From NCBI GenBank assembly GCA_951406725.2, contig OX597815.1:12772001-12836000 (forward strand): a DNA stretch of 64,000 bases, given 5' to 3'. Made by a program: the position numbers and the translations under genes. Below are positions 1 through 12,762 of the stretch, in pieces (position 1 is the stretch's first letter; each line of letters begins with the position of its first letter). The notes under the pieces were generated by a model. The model was given only the letters and a program-made list of their open reading frames with translations, did no database searches and was not told the DNA's origin. Source of the DNA: Octopus vulgaris (lineage: Eukaryota).

Positions 1-249
1 AACTATTTAAGAACATTTTTTTTGTTTGCGTTTACACAACATTTATTAACATTGATCATCAAAGTATTTTCTCCAGAACAATTTATATTATACACCTTGT
101 ATCAGATACGGTGAACAAAACAAGATTCGTCCGTTTCAGCTTAAAATCAGGCTTCTTATGTTCAAATGACTAAACTGTAGTGGTGCGAAAGGGGAGTGGG
201 TATTAATAAGCGCAGAAGCACAGGGTTTGCACCATTTTATAACTTTTTA

Positions 250-304
<55 letters not shown>

Positions 305-390
305 GAATATGTGGAGATGTATATCTGTATGTAAACACACAAGCAAACACACACACAAACACACACACACTCACACATATTTATCATCAG

Positions 391-453
391 TTATTAAGAA
401 TCCCACCCATGAGGGATCGATGCTAGATGCGTCGAAACAATTGTGATTAATAA
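391..453 (+). ncRNA. Degenerate hammerhead-like motif (Penelope-type)
   Basis: Altered core ATGAGGGA, stem II GATGC/GCGTC (419-433), GAAA (434-437), palindrome CAATTG (438-443). The UH and 3' stem I strand appear deleted. A (TA)n tract follows at 492. Confidence 0.4.
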
Positions 454-489
454 AAATTGTCATAGTTTTCATCTTCCGTCTTTCATTTA

Positions 490-491
<2 letters not shown>

Positions 492-524
<33 letters not shown>

Positions 525-678
525 GATACATAGATACATAGATAGATAGATAGATAGATAGCTAGATAGATACATACATACATACATACATACATACATA
601 CATACATACATACATACATACATACATACATACATACATACATACATACATACATACATACATACATACATACATACA
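492..678. repeat. Compound microsatellite (TA)n(TAGA)n(TACA)n
   Basis: Directly visible; it explains the YVCM-repeat ORFs 371..967 and 483..671. Confidence 0.97.
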
Positions 679-1294
679 CAAATGTATGCACTACTAATTC
701 GATGGGATGCTTTTTAAAGTCCGAGGCATATGAAAAGAAAACACGCAATACACGGTGGCAATTCATTCCAGTGGTGAAGTTTTCGTCAATGACGGCAAGT
801 TCTTTGGTGTTTGGCAAACTACAAATCCAGGAGTTTCCAAAATACACAGAAACATTCAACGAGTTGTTACATAAAAATAAAAATGAAATAAGAAACAGAA
901 CGTTTATATATTTTCGCAATAATGTTTCACATGGAGATGTTATTATGACGTAACATCGTACATTCACTTACGTTAGGCATGCAGCATGTTTATGATTATA
1001 TAATCTTTCATTATGTAATAATCCTAAATTGTCATGTAGCCGTAAGTAGCTCAGTATGTGATATCTTGTTAGCGCGGCAGAGTCAACAGAACCGGTTGCC
1101 CAATGACGTGCTGCTATTGTATAATGACGTATTGCATATTCTTATGCATGTTGCATGTCTCAGATAATTGAATGTACGAGCTAACATCATAGTAAAGTCT
1201 AATGAAACATTGTAGTGAGAGCATACAACACACACGCCCGCACACGTGCACACATACACATACACACACCCGCTAAATATAAATATATATGCTA

Positions 1295-1690
1295 TCTCTC
1301 TATATATATAAAGCTGAAGTTGTCTGTGTATGGCAGGTTTGGTAGCCTTCAACTAACACTATCTCCTCTGAGACCCCGTGGCGCAAGTTGACCAAAATTG
1401 AGAGTATGATAGAAGAAGGTTTGGTCTTCCTTCCGTAGAAGAAAAACTTCAAATCGGACCATGTTAACACCAAAAATTATTTACATCAAAAAGGTGCTTT
1501 TTTTTCAATGAAAATCCCAATTTTTTAACGATTTTTTGACTGCTGTGTTGGCATTTTTCGGTGTATTTCAACCAGAAAAATGTTCACTTTAAAGAGAATA
1601 ACAAGCTACATAATGCAAAATTTTTACTTTTCAAAATTCCAATTCTAAAGGGTCGAAACAAACCCGAGCAACGCTGGGCGATACTGCTAG
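1295..1690 (+). mobile_element. Non-autonomous Helitron
   Basis: 5' A|TCTCTCTATATATATAAAG and 3' hairpin CCCGAGCAACGCTGGG followed by GATACTGCTAG|T: TC...CTAG inserted between A and T. The 3' end is shared with the 7040 and 47231 copies. Confidence 0.85.
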
Positions 1691-2014
1691 TATATCATAT
1701 AGGAACTATATATTATAGCACATCTACACATCTATGATGGAGGCATAAAGTGAGGGAAGGATGTTATAACAGCAGTAATATGAATATAAATAGAAAACTT
1801 CTTTGTAGACGAAATTTTGTGTATGGTCAACACCGATTTTCAAATTACTGGAGACCGTTACTCTACTCACAGCGATGTATGACAGGCCGCGTGTAAACAT
1901 CGGAGTGGGTAAATATACACCTACACGATCTAGAGTCTGGAGGTATGCCTGAATGTAATTGATCAGACCACATGGGTAATCGTCGCCTGTAAAGGTCTGA
2001 TTAATTATATTGAC

Positions 2015-2065
2015 AAATGTTGCTGACGAATCATAGACAATTATGTAAGTATAATCTGCATATTT
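2015..2065 (+). ncRNA. Degenerate hammerhead-like motif
   Basis: CTGACGA (2023-2029), short stem II, GTAA in place of GAAA, GTATAA (near GTATAC palindrome), TC, weak stem I. A (TA)n tract lies about 180 bp downstream. Confidence 0.35.
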
Positions 2066-3386
2066 TGTTAATGAGGAAACAATTATACAACATTAATCCA
2101 TTATTTAGTTGTATTTCAATTTCATTGCGTTGATTGTAGTGCTATTTCTATGTGGAATTATCGTTGGCGACTATACCGGTGGACCTATTTCTAGCACTAC
2201 AGTTAACATATTCAAAGTTGGCTCTCTTATATTTACGGATATATATATATATATATATATAAGTAAATTATTATTAATGAAAACAATTAGAGAATTAGAG
2301 CCGGGAGAGAAAATGTAGGGTTTAGTAACATTTACATATACATTTATACAGGGAAGTGTATAGATTTGTGTTTATGCTTTATATATACATATTTATGCAG
2401 GGAAATATATACATTTTTGTTTATAATATACATATGTATGTATATCAAATGTTTATTAAACACACAAGTGATAAACCGACAAAACTCAGAGTATATCGAA
2501 ATTTAAAACGGACATGTAGTCTATCTTCCGGTTTATATTACTATTGTGAAACAACGAAAACAGTTTTAATATGTTTCAAGATACTATCTAAGAAAGTATC
2601 TGGACTCTTCCACGTTCCAGTTGGGAGTCGAACCACTTTAGAACTACATTGGACGTTTCTGCAACAACAAAGTATACACGGCCGAGTCGGTGTTGAGTTC
2701 TTCGATATCCCCCATGAAAACTTCACCATCACTATCTTCATTTTACACGTCGGTTTCCTGTAGACGAATGAGAATTGAAAGACCATTTATGGTAGCAATA
2801 AGAACCACCGTTGTCCCTTTGGTGATCCTTTTCAAAGTCAATCGGTATTTTTGGCACGACTGGTAAGTCGCCTTGAATCACGAGTTCCAGGATATTTAAG
2901 CTCAGACATGCTTTGAATATAAGTAGGGACAGGAAGTTGACGACATCGGCGAAAACCTTTATAATATCTTGGGATATTTTCCTATGATCATTCGGATTTA
3001 ACTTCATTAAACATGCAAGTATAAAGAGATTATATTAAAAAACAGCTCAGTACCGACTCTTGTGCAGATTCTGTTCTGTATACGTATTGGTATAGATATC
3101 GAAGATTGACATTCTGGCAGACAACATGCACTAATATTGTTTATCAAATGTTAAAACCTACTCTGCAGTAAACGTAAAGCTTGGCAACGAATATTTAAAT
3201 CTGTGATAGTAAATAATAACAGACGCTTCGAAACTGCCTTTTTTTTATATATATTAACAGAAAAAAAAATTCCGGAGGGTCAAACCTATAATATAGCTGT
3301 TATGGTGGGTGTGACTAATTAACAAACGGACATCAAAGAATTTTATATGTAGATTTTTAGCTGACTCAATCGCTTATATATGCATT

Positions 3387-4560
3387 TCATGCGTCTTGAA
3401 ATGTTTGGTATACAATACCATTAAATGTCCTCAAATCCTTGAATGAACGACTGTTCTCCATTTTAGCATGATCATCTACAGCATAGTGTTTCATCCCAGT
3501 GTCGAAATCACCTTTCCTCACTTGAAAACGATAACAAGTTTGTGATTGTCTACTCTTCACAAACCTGTCTGATATCGATCCTCCCCCCGGGGAAATAGCA
3601 GTACAAATGCAACTGATGGATTCTTTGTATACTACCATCTCATCTGCCAACAATAACATCAAAGTGGCCTGCAACTTCCTCTGGCAAAATAGCAGTAATT
3701 TCTGAATCCGTTTGAAGATTCAAAGTTCGACAATGTGAATTAGAGGATTTGTTATTTCTGTCAGCGTATCGAAATCCTTTAAAGCCTCAGTTTCAATAGC
3801 TGCTCTGAAACCACATGTATGCATTGTATTGGTTCAAGTCACCCTGTATGCTTTCAAAATCTCACTGTTTAAATTTCTATACAGCTGACGATTCTCAAGT
3901 TCGTTATCTGTATCATTGAAGTGGATTCGAGCAAATTTTGGAATGTTGTCTTTAGGAAGTAGCGATGGAATCATGTGATAAAATTTTCCCTGCACCTTAA
4001 AAGTAAATCTAAATGCTGGGGCTCTGATTTCTTTGCAACCCAGAGAAGCCAATGCTAGTGCTTTGTTAAATGGACGTATATTTGCAGGAAATTGTTTCCT
4101 ATTTTTGTAACATCGAAGTATCTAAGAATATTTGGTGGAGGCGGAAGCAGAGTGACAAGTTTTACTTTCCCCTCAAAGCAACATAGAGATTTCAATTCAG
4201 CAGCCCATCTGTAAGCATCGCAATATGAACAAACACTGCCAAAGAGACTCCCTGCATTATGTGACTGTACAATAGACAGGACAGTTTGTTCTTGCAAATT
4301 ATCGAAGCTGGCATTCATTGCCAATCCTTTAAAAGAATTCTTCCTAGTTCGAAAATGCTTCCGTCTGTACTTCTGCTGTAAATATTCGGTGTCATCTTTC
4401 AGCACTCTGTTTATTGGAACTGTTGTTTCTGTTTGTATATCACTGATGTTTGGAAGGCTTCCCATTTGATACTGGTTATCAGTCGGTAGCGAAACAGTCA
4501 CAGATGGCGAAAGCTGCTTCAGTGTCTTCTTTTGAAGACCCATCACGAGATACCCTACCC
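3387..4560 (-). pseudogene. Decayed Helitron RepHel fragment
   Basis: Helitron-typical motifs in broken ORFs: CSYCDAYRW..E..LCCFEGKVKL..LPPP (zinc finger), FTFKVQGKFYHMIPSLLP..PKFARIHF.D..NELENR, and SFKDLRTFNGIVYQTFQDA. Frameshifts and a large internal deletion; interrupted upstream by a SINE array. Confidence 0.85.
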
Positions 4561-4590
4561 AGTCGGTAATGTGTAGTGGAAACAGAATCA

Positions 4591-5582
4591 TGAGCTGGCA
4601 GAAACGTTAGCACGCCGGGCGAAATGTTTAGCGGTATTTCGTCTGCCGCTCCGTTATGAGTTCAAATTTCGCCGAGGTCGAGTTTGCCTTTCATCCTTTC
4701 GGTGTCGATTAAATAAGTACCAGTTACGCACTGGGGTCGATGTAATCGACTTAATCCGTTTGTCAGTCCTTGTTTGTACTTTCTGTGTTTAGCCCCTTGT
4801 AGGTAGTAAAGAAATAGGTATTTTGTCTGCCGTTACGTTCTGAGTTCAAATTCTGTCGAGGTCGAGTTTGCCTTTCATCCTTTCGGGGTCGATTAAATAA
4901 GTACCAGTTACGCACTGGGGTCGATGTAATCGACTTAATCCTTTTTTCTGTCCTTGTTTGTCCTTTCTGTGTTTAGCACCTTGTGGGTAGTAAAGAGATA
5001 GGTATTTTGTCTGCCGCTCCGTTATGAGTTCAAATTCCGCCGAGGTCGCGTTTGCCTTTTATCCTTTCGGGGTCGATGAAATAAGTACCAGTTACGCACT
5101 GGGGTCGATGTAATCGACTTAATCCGTTTGTCTGTCCTTGTTTGTCCTCTCTGTGTTTAGCCCCTTGTGAGTAGTAAAGAAATAGGTAATGTGTAGTGGA
5201 AACAGAATCATGAGCTGGCAGAAACGTTAGCACGCCGGGCGAAATGTTTAGCGGTATTTCGTCTGCCGCTCTGTTATGAGTTCAAATTCCGCCGAGGTCG
5301 AGTTTGCCTTTCATCCTTTCAGTGTCGATTAAATAAGTACCAGTTACGCACTGGGGTCGATGTTATCGACTTAATCCGTTTGTCTGTCCTTGTTTGTCCC
5401 CTCTATGTTTAGCCCCTTGTGGGTAGTAAAGAGATAGGTATTTTGTCTGCCGTTACGTTCTGAGTTCAAATTCCGCCGAGGTCGAGTTACGCACTGGTGT
5501 CGATGTAATCGACTTAATCCTTTTTTTTCTGTCCTTGTTTGTGCTTTCTGTGTTTAGCCCTTGTGGGTAGTAAAGAAATAGG
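4591..5582 (+). mobile_element. Concatemeric array of tRNA-derived SINE family A (5 units)
   Basis: Head GAGCTGGCAGAAACGTTAGC, B-box-like GAGTTCAAATTCC, conserved GCCTTTCATCCTTTCGGGGTCGAT core, tail GTAAAGAAATAGG. Units of about 184 bp; flanking sequence is duplicated. Confidence 0.92.
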
Positions 5583-6003
5583 AAACATAATCATGTCTAC
5601 GACTCCGTGCATATTCAGATACGTGTTTCAATCACTTTGGCCTAGTTTCACCTGATTCAGTTACCCGTCTTTCACTCTGTCGACGTGCTTTTGCTGTGAT
5701 CTTTTCCGTCGCGTATATTTTTGGGACATAATTCTAATGCGATATTTGTGTAATAACGAAATCACAGCAGGTGCGTGTGTTTGTGTGGGTGGGTGTATGA
5801 CAGAGAGAGAGACAGACAGACTGAGAGTGAGAGGGTGAGAAAGAGGGGAGGGAGAACATTCCAAACAAGGAATGAAATAATCAAGAAATGAAAAATCGTA
5901 CAGGTAAAAGCTCGTTAAAAACTATATTCTTTAGCGTGCTAGAAAGAGTAGCGATCTCATAGTTATTATAGTCAGGCTTATAGAGTTCCTAGCAGCCATA
6001 CGA

Positions 6004-6390
6004 ACAAAATCACTTCTTAATAAAAAAGACAACAAAAACATAAATTGTGGCTGTATTCTTTTATTCTTTTACTTGTATCAGTCATATATGACTGCGGCCG
6101 TATTAAAAAAAATTCATCTTATCAAAAATATTCATATAAAAAACTCCGGGAAATGATAACATACTTGAAATTGTGCCTCGTATCAAAATTGTACAGCTTT
6201 TTTGTCTGATATCATGCATCCATGTAACACAAAATCACTTCTTAATTTGAAAAAAATATTATACGGGTATATTAAAAGATTTTCATTTTATTAAAACTAT
6301 TCATTTAACAAACTCCGAAAACTGATAATACTCTTTAAATTGTACTTCCTATGAAAGTTATACAGCTATTTTTGTCTAATAGCATGCATT
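6004..6390. repeat. Old local tandem duplication (about 160-220 bp, 2 copies)
   Basis: ACAAAATCACTTCTTAAT...GTATTAAAA...AACTCCG...TACAGCT...CATGCAT occurs at about 6004 and about 6229, diverged. Confidence 0.7.
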
Positions 6391-7039
6391 TATTCAATAA
6401 ATATTTGTTTTTTACATTATGTATATAGGATAAACTGAGGATTTTGCAAATTAATTAGAATAGAAGCGAGAGAGTGTGAGAGACTTGCAAATGAAACGTA
6501 AAATATCACCTGACATGAATTAATATTCTTAATTGTTAAACATTAAAATCTACACATCAGTGAATGCAACAAATATTTAAATTTGTGAAAAATTGGAGTT
6601 CAAAAATTCAATGAACTTCAGAAATCGAAATTATAGGACGTTAGTTGGAACATGACTATATAAAAAGAATTCCAGACGGTCAAGATTTTAATAATTCATT
6701 TATTTTCGTACTGTTTAATAACTGTTACATACCTAACTTAATAACTAATCAACAACTTTCTCCATCATATTATATATGTATATACATGCTATAATGAAAT
6801 CAAACCAATCAGTGATAATTTGGACTTATTTAATACATATGCATCGGGCTTTCTTAATATACTATAGGAAGTGAAGCCATTATGTACACATTGTTTAGCC
6901 TAATACAATACACAAACACACACACGCGCGTTCGCACGCACACACAAACATACTCACACACACACAAACACACATACATACATAGGAAATCACAGGCATA
7001 CACACACGCGGTTCAACTGTTCACGGTTTTTATTAAATA

Positions 7040-7434
7040 CTAGCAGTATCACCCGGCGTTGCTCGGGTTTGTAAGGGAAATAACTATATAAGCATTTTTA
7101 GAGATGTAAAGTATAATAGCCATCTCAATATGACTAACCACAAGGGGGGTGGTATTACTGTAGCTTTTTACGTTCTGAGATTTAACAATAAATTTTTAGA
7201 GATTTACTTCCCTTATATATGCCAAAAATGCATTAAAAATGGGAAAAATTGATAGTGAATTTTTTTTTTATCGTAGACTCATCGTAGACGCGCGCTAATA
7301 CCCAGAAGGGCTCGATATGAATCACGACTATAAGATACCCGGTTTTGGTTAAACTGCGCCGCAAAATGTGGGAGTAGTTAGGAATCTAAATCGTAGGACA
7401 CAGAAGTACACAACCTCTCTTTTATATATAAAGA
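7040..7434 (-). mobile_element. Non-autonomous Helitron
   Basis: Minus strand: A|TCTTTATATATAAAAG ... CCCGAGCAACGCCGGG hairpin, GATACTGCTAG|T. Paralog at 47231-47630. Confidence 0.9.
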
Positions 7435-8098
7435 TGTTACAAGAAGCACCGACTTTAATCTCCAACCGAAATCATTCTTCCGGCGTACAGCTGACAAGAA
7501 TGTGGATTCTATAAAAGACAACATGGCTTGTCCATATATTCCTGTGCTGGTGGCAACGATCATTTAACAAAAAACAAATTAGACAGGAGAAGAATGAAAC
7601 CTTTATGAAATATATTCCTGTGAAATATATACCTATGTGTTTTTGTGCGAGTGTGCGTGGTGCGGTGCGTGTTTGTCTGTGTATACAAATGGAAATAGGA
7701 ACTCGAAGAATCAAGTGGTGTAAGTTCTCACAGTTATTAAGAAGTTTAGTGTATAATTTACGCCGTGTCTTTCTGATAATCACAATTGCGGAGTGCATAA
7801 TCGTGTCAGGAAAATTAAGAAGTAAGTGAGAAATATTTCTTTCATTTGTTTACAGACGGGTCGTAATTTATATTCACTTACGTCACTGATACCAGTAATA
7901 TGTTACGTAACTAATTGCATGCATTTTATAGTACTCAGAAAACATATAGCTATAAATACAATTGTACCCACAGTTGTACTCTAACATAACGAGCAGGGAT
8001 TTCCTACGGAACATTTTATGATCATTAAATATGTTTGTCGACCGAGGCTGGGCCGTCTCAATTGATGCGTTGGATATGATAGAGAAAAATCTTCAATA

Positions 8099-8263
8099 GG
8101 CGCAGGAGTGGCTGTGTGGTAAGTAGCCTGTCTACCAACCACATGGTTCCGGGTTCAGTCCCACTGCGTGGCACCTTGGGAAAATGTCTTCTACCATAGC
8201 CTTGGGCCGACCAAAGCCTTGTGAGTGGATTTGGTAGACGGAAACTGAAAGAAGCCTGTCGTA

Positions 8264-8316
<53 letters not shown>

Positions 8317-8538
8317 ATATGTTTGTGTGTCTGTGTTTGTCCCCCCTAGCATCGCTTGACAACCGATGCTGGCGTGTTTACGTCCCCGTCACTTAGCAGT
8401 TCGGCAAAAGAGACCGATAGAATAAGTACTGGGCTTACAAAAAGAATAAGTCCCGGGGTTCGATTTGCTCGACTAAAGGCGGTGCTCCAGCATGGCCGCA
8501 GTCAAATGACTGAAACAAGTAAAAGAGTAAAAGAGTAA
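8099..8538 (+). mobile_element. tRNA-derived SINE family B (CORE-like, internal (TA)n)
   Basis: A box GTGGCTGTGTGG, B box GGTTCAGTCCC, CORE-like CCTTGGGAAAATGTCT, tail GGCGGTGCTCCAGCATGGCCGCAGTCAAATGACTGAAACAAG followed by (TAAAAGAG)2. Confidence 0.88.
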
Positions 8539-8815
8539 TTTACCGTTTAAGATTTCAGAAATGACTATTACCCAAGGAAACAGCTTCACGTGCTTTAAAA
8601 GGTGGGTTTCTCAGGCGGCTTCTTAATTACTGTTACTGTATTTATAACATTACCTTTTATTTCATTTCTATCATTTTCAAAATTCATGATGAATAACAAG
8701 AGCAATAATTTTCAATTTCCTCCTGAATAGTGCCCTTTTAAAGGTACGATTTAAATTATCCTTGGTGTGTTGAATCTCGGTTTGCAAGGAAGTCCTTTCC
8801 AGAACATAGTTCCAT

Positions 8816-8852
<37 letters not shown>

Positions 8853-9182
8853 TTGATACACATACATTTAGTCACATTCACACACACACACACAGACGTA
8901 GGCGTACACACACAAAAAAATTTTTGAGTGATCGTGCGTGTGTGTGTGTGGGGTGAATGCGTATATGTGTGCAAACAAGTCTTCTTCAGGGTTTGTTTAT
9001 CAATTTCCACTGACATGACAAGGGGTGAACTCGATGCTATTTATGTGCAACGGGTTATTTATGGTCAATTCCAGGGCAACTTCGGTTGCAAGGCGAGGTA
9101 TTAAAGCACTCAGCCTACTGACGCTAAGTATGAATACTATCATATTCTTGTTTCACTGAGTTTTAAAAGCTCATTGAAACAA

Positions 9183-9351
9183 AGCACAGGCGTGGCTGTG
9201 AGTTAGGAAGTTTGTTTCCCAGTCACATTTTTCCGAGTGTACTCCCAGTGCGCGGCACTTTGGGTAAGCGTCCACTGCTATAGTCCAGTGCCCGCCACAT
9301 TTTGAATGGATTTGGTAATCAGAAACTAGAAGAAGCCTGTCGTATATAGTG

Positions 9352-9402
<51 letters not shown>

Positions 9403-9433
9403 TATCTATATATATACATATATATATATATAC

Positions 9434-9486
<53 letters not shown>

Positions 9487-9690
9487 TATATAATATAATG
9501 TATCTGTTGAATTTGTGTTTGTCCCCTACAATCTCTTGAAGACCGGTTTATATCCCCATCATCTAGTGGCTCGGTAAAACAAACCGATATACTAAGTACG
9601 AGACTTTAAAAAATACTTCGACTTCATTAATCAGTTTGTGGCTCCAGAATGGCAGCAATCAAATGAATGAAACCAGTAAAAGATAAAAGA
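9183..9690 (+). mobile_element. Diverged SINE family B copy
   Basis: Colinear similarity to 8099-8538, including the internal TA tract and the tail. Confidence 0.8.
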
Positions 9691-10787
9691 TAATATTTTC
9701 TGTACAATGTAGTTCGGGTCCAATAAGTTTGATAGTATTCGCCCAATTTTATATAGCGGGAAAATGCTTCATTTCGTAGCAGAAATGAACACGATCTTAT
9801 AGTTTTGACTTCCACTTGTGTATGTTAGACCAGATAATTTTATAACGAATGTGGTTTAGAGGTAGACCGCAGGCTTTGTTTCAGAGGAACAACTGTTACA
9901 TACGAACATGCATTGATTAACCAGTATGTATCGCAAATCAGTTGTTGACTTTATATAGCTTCCAGCAATAACTTCCACAACTTTAAGAATGAGCGCTTTT
10001 GATGGTTTTTCTTCCCATTCTTATCAAAAGCAGTGCGTTATCCAATAGTGATTTAGAAAATTTATAGAAAAATAAGAAATTCATACATTATATGAATTAA
10101 ACCGTATTTTATCTTCATTCGCATATATATGTGTGTGTGTGTGTGAGTGCGTATATATGTTCATTCTACATTTAGCTGTAATTGATAGTAAATATACTCG
10201 GTGAACGTAATGCTATAGCTGGTGGCCCTGCTTGTGTTTATACAGTTTTATTGGTTTATAGAAGAACAGCTTTTAACTAGTTTCTAAATGAATGTTATTT
10301 GAAATCCATCGATACTTCAGCAGTTACATTAAATCAAGCACTTTTCTGAAGACGATAAATAGCTGTTTTCAAACTATATATTTGGAATGGGTTGCATCTC
10401 GAGCAGATTTCTCAAAAGCATCTAAGGTTAATAGAAGGAACATTTGCAGAAATGTAGATACTATCGTCATAAATCTTTATCCAAAGTGAAAGACTAAGTG
10501 AAGTTATTGAAATATTTACGCCGTCTTCAATACTTCACCGAAGTGATGCGGTTGGTAGTAGCTCTGTTGTTGTCAGTACCAACCAGATATTTCATAGTAT
10601 CATTTCTCCCGTGATAATTATTTCCATTTTGAATTCAATACAAATAGGCTTTGTAAATGTTGCAAGAAAATTTGAAAAAAACATATTTTTAAACAAATAT
10701 TGTTGTGGCGGTGATATCTTGGTTTCAGATTATCACTCGGAAAACAATACATACCTGAATACTTGCAGATGACCGTATATTCTCGAC

Positions 10788-11219
10788 GGCGAGCTGGCAG
10801 AAACGTAAGCACGTTCTGAGTTCAAATTCCACCGAGGTCGACTTTGCCTTTCATCCTTTCGGGGTCGATAGATTAAGTACCAGTTATGCACTGGGGTCGA
10901 TGTAATCGACTTAATCCCTTTGTTTGTCCTTGTTTGTCTCCTCTATGTTTAGCCCCTTGTGGGTAGTAAAGAAATAGGCATATTCTCGACGGTGAGCTGG
11001 CAGAAACGTTAGCACGCCGGGCGAAATGCATAGCCGTATTTCGTCTGCGTTACGTTCTGAGTTTAAAATCCGCCGAGGTCGACTTTGCCTTTCATTCTTT
11101 CGAGGTCGATAAATTAAGTACCAGTTACGCACTGTGGTCGATATACTCGACTTAATACCTTTGTCTGTCCTTCTTTGTCCACTCTGTGTTTAGCCCCTTG
11201 TGGGTAGTAAAGAAATAGG
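10788..11219 (+). mobile_element. Tandem dimer of SINE family A with triplicated target site
   Basis: Two copies; (T/C)ATATTCTCGACG occurs at 10776, 10979 and 11220. Confidence 0.9.
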
Positions 11220-12343
11220 TATATTCTCGACGATATATATTTTAGGCTAAGTGGGGTGTTACACAAAAATACTATCCTAGGGATTGTTATTTCCCCCCCA
11301 AATGCCAATAAACAGATCGGAAATGTTTTCTTTCAAGGTAAATACCGCAATCGATATCGAGAACGACATCGTTTATGCAGCGTTACAAATTATCTGTAGC
11401 GGAATAGAAGTATTAAATTTAGTTTTAGAGTAGTCTACGACAAGGGAAGGGAGTAATTAATGACAGAGTTAAGCCAAACAAGTATAAAATTTGTAACTCA
11501 GGGTACTTCTGGTACAATCATCATTTTCCGTACTGTGTATATTCTAACAAATCTCAATGGTCTGGCAGGAAATTTCAATAATCTTTATAAAAGACCTAGC
11601 AGCAATTTTGGCTATAGAGAAAATATTGCTTCTAAGGTTTACACATTATTGGTCTCAATACCGCTGAAGAAATAAATTTTCTAGGAAGACTACAAGACTT
11701 ATTCAACAAAAATATCATGCGTAACACGTTTGAATTGTTGGATGGGTGGAAAACGTTAATGATATACTGCCAAAAATGCAATGCAACAGCTATGTAATCT
11801 CGACATACACTGCCGAGTAAAGTACCTTGCTTCTGTATACAACATCGATTAAATAAAATAAGCACAACACAACGAAAGCTGTCAAAATATTCAGCAAAGA
11901 ATAAACGAGTAAAAACAACATATGGCAAAGAGATCAGTAGTGTAGCAATTTGTCATAACGAAGATTAAAAACACATCTGGATAATTCATAAGTCACAGAC
12001 AATCCATTTACAGCATTCATTTAATCAGTGTATTGCAACTTCTGATAGTTAACCGATTTAACGTCGACAACCTGACTGACATAAGCTTCAGAATAATCTC
12101 CACTTGGCTTAATAAGAGGGAAAACATAATAGTGCGGATCCTATTGCAGAGCTTACTAGATCGACATTCAAGAAAACTCAGAAAGAGTTTACTGCAGTTG
12201 CAACAGTAATTATCCCGAGAAGGGAGAAAAGTCTATGAAGACGGTTAAGGCTAAATACGTAAGGTCATTAAATTTAACCTTCTACCACCGTAATCTTATT
12301 AACAATAAATTTCAGTACTAATATGAATTTTAACTTTAGTTAC

Positions 12344-12762
12344 GGATCTTTTCGGTTTGAACGGCAGTTTTTTAAAATAATTTTCATGTAACTAAACACT
12401 TTTAAACTTCGTATACTGGTAGAATGTATTTATAAAACATCTTTTTCTCTTGGCTTTATTGAGAAAATTCTATAGGTTGTAAGATATTTGTTGTTTTTTT
12501 CTTCAATTTCTGCATTTACAACCAATCAATGTCCGTCTATTGAGGTAAAATCATTCTGTGCCGTATGAATATGTCCCTCGTTTAAGAAACAGATTGGGTT
12601 TATTTACATTTGTGGAGAAAAAAAAGATGCCCTTTCCCCCACCTCTAACCATAACGCTAAAACAGATTGAAATGCAATAGATCGATACTAGGGTCATAAT
12701 TATGGGTGACAATTTCATATGACACCGCTAGAAAAAAACTGCCGTTCAAACCGTAAAGATCC
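12344..12762. mobile_element. MITE with about 30-bp TIRs (GGATC termini)
   Basis: GGATCTTTTCGGTTTGAACGGCAGTTTTTT ... AAAAAACTGCCGTTCAAACCGTAAAGATCC; no coding capacity. Confidence 0.9.

Noticed and set aside
371-967. 198-aa ORF and other YI/VC/HT-rich ORFs across the window
   Set aside because: These are translations of TA, TG and TACA microsatellites.
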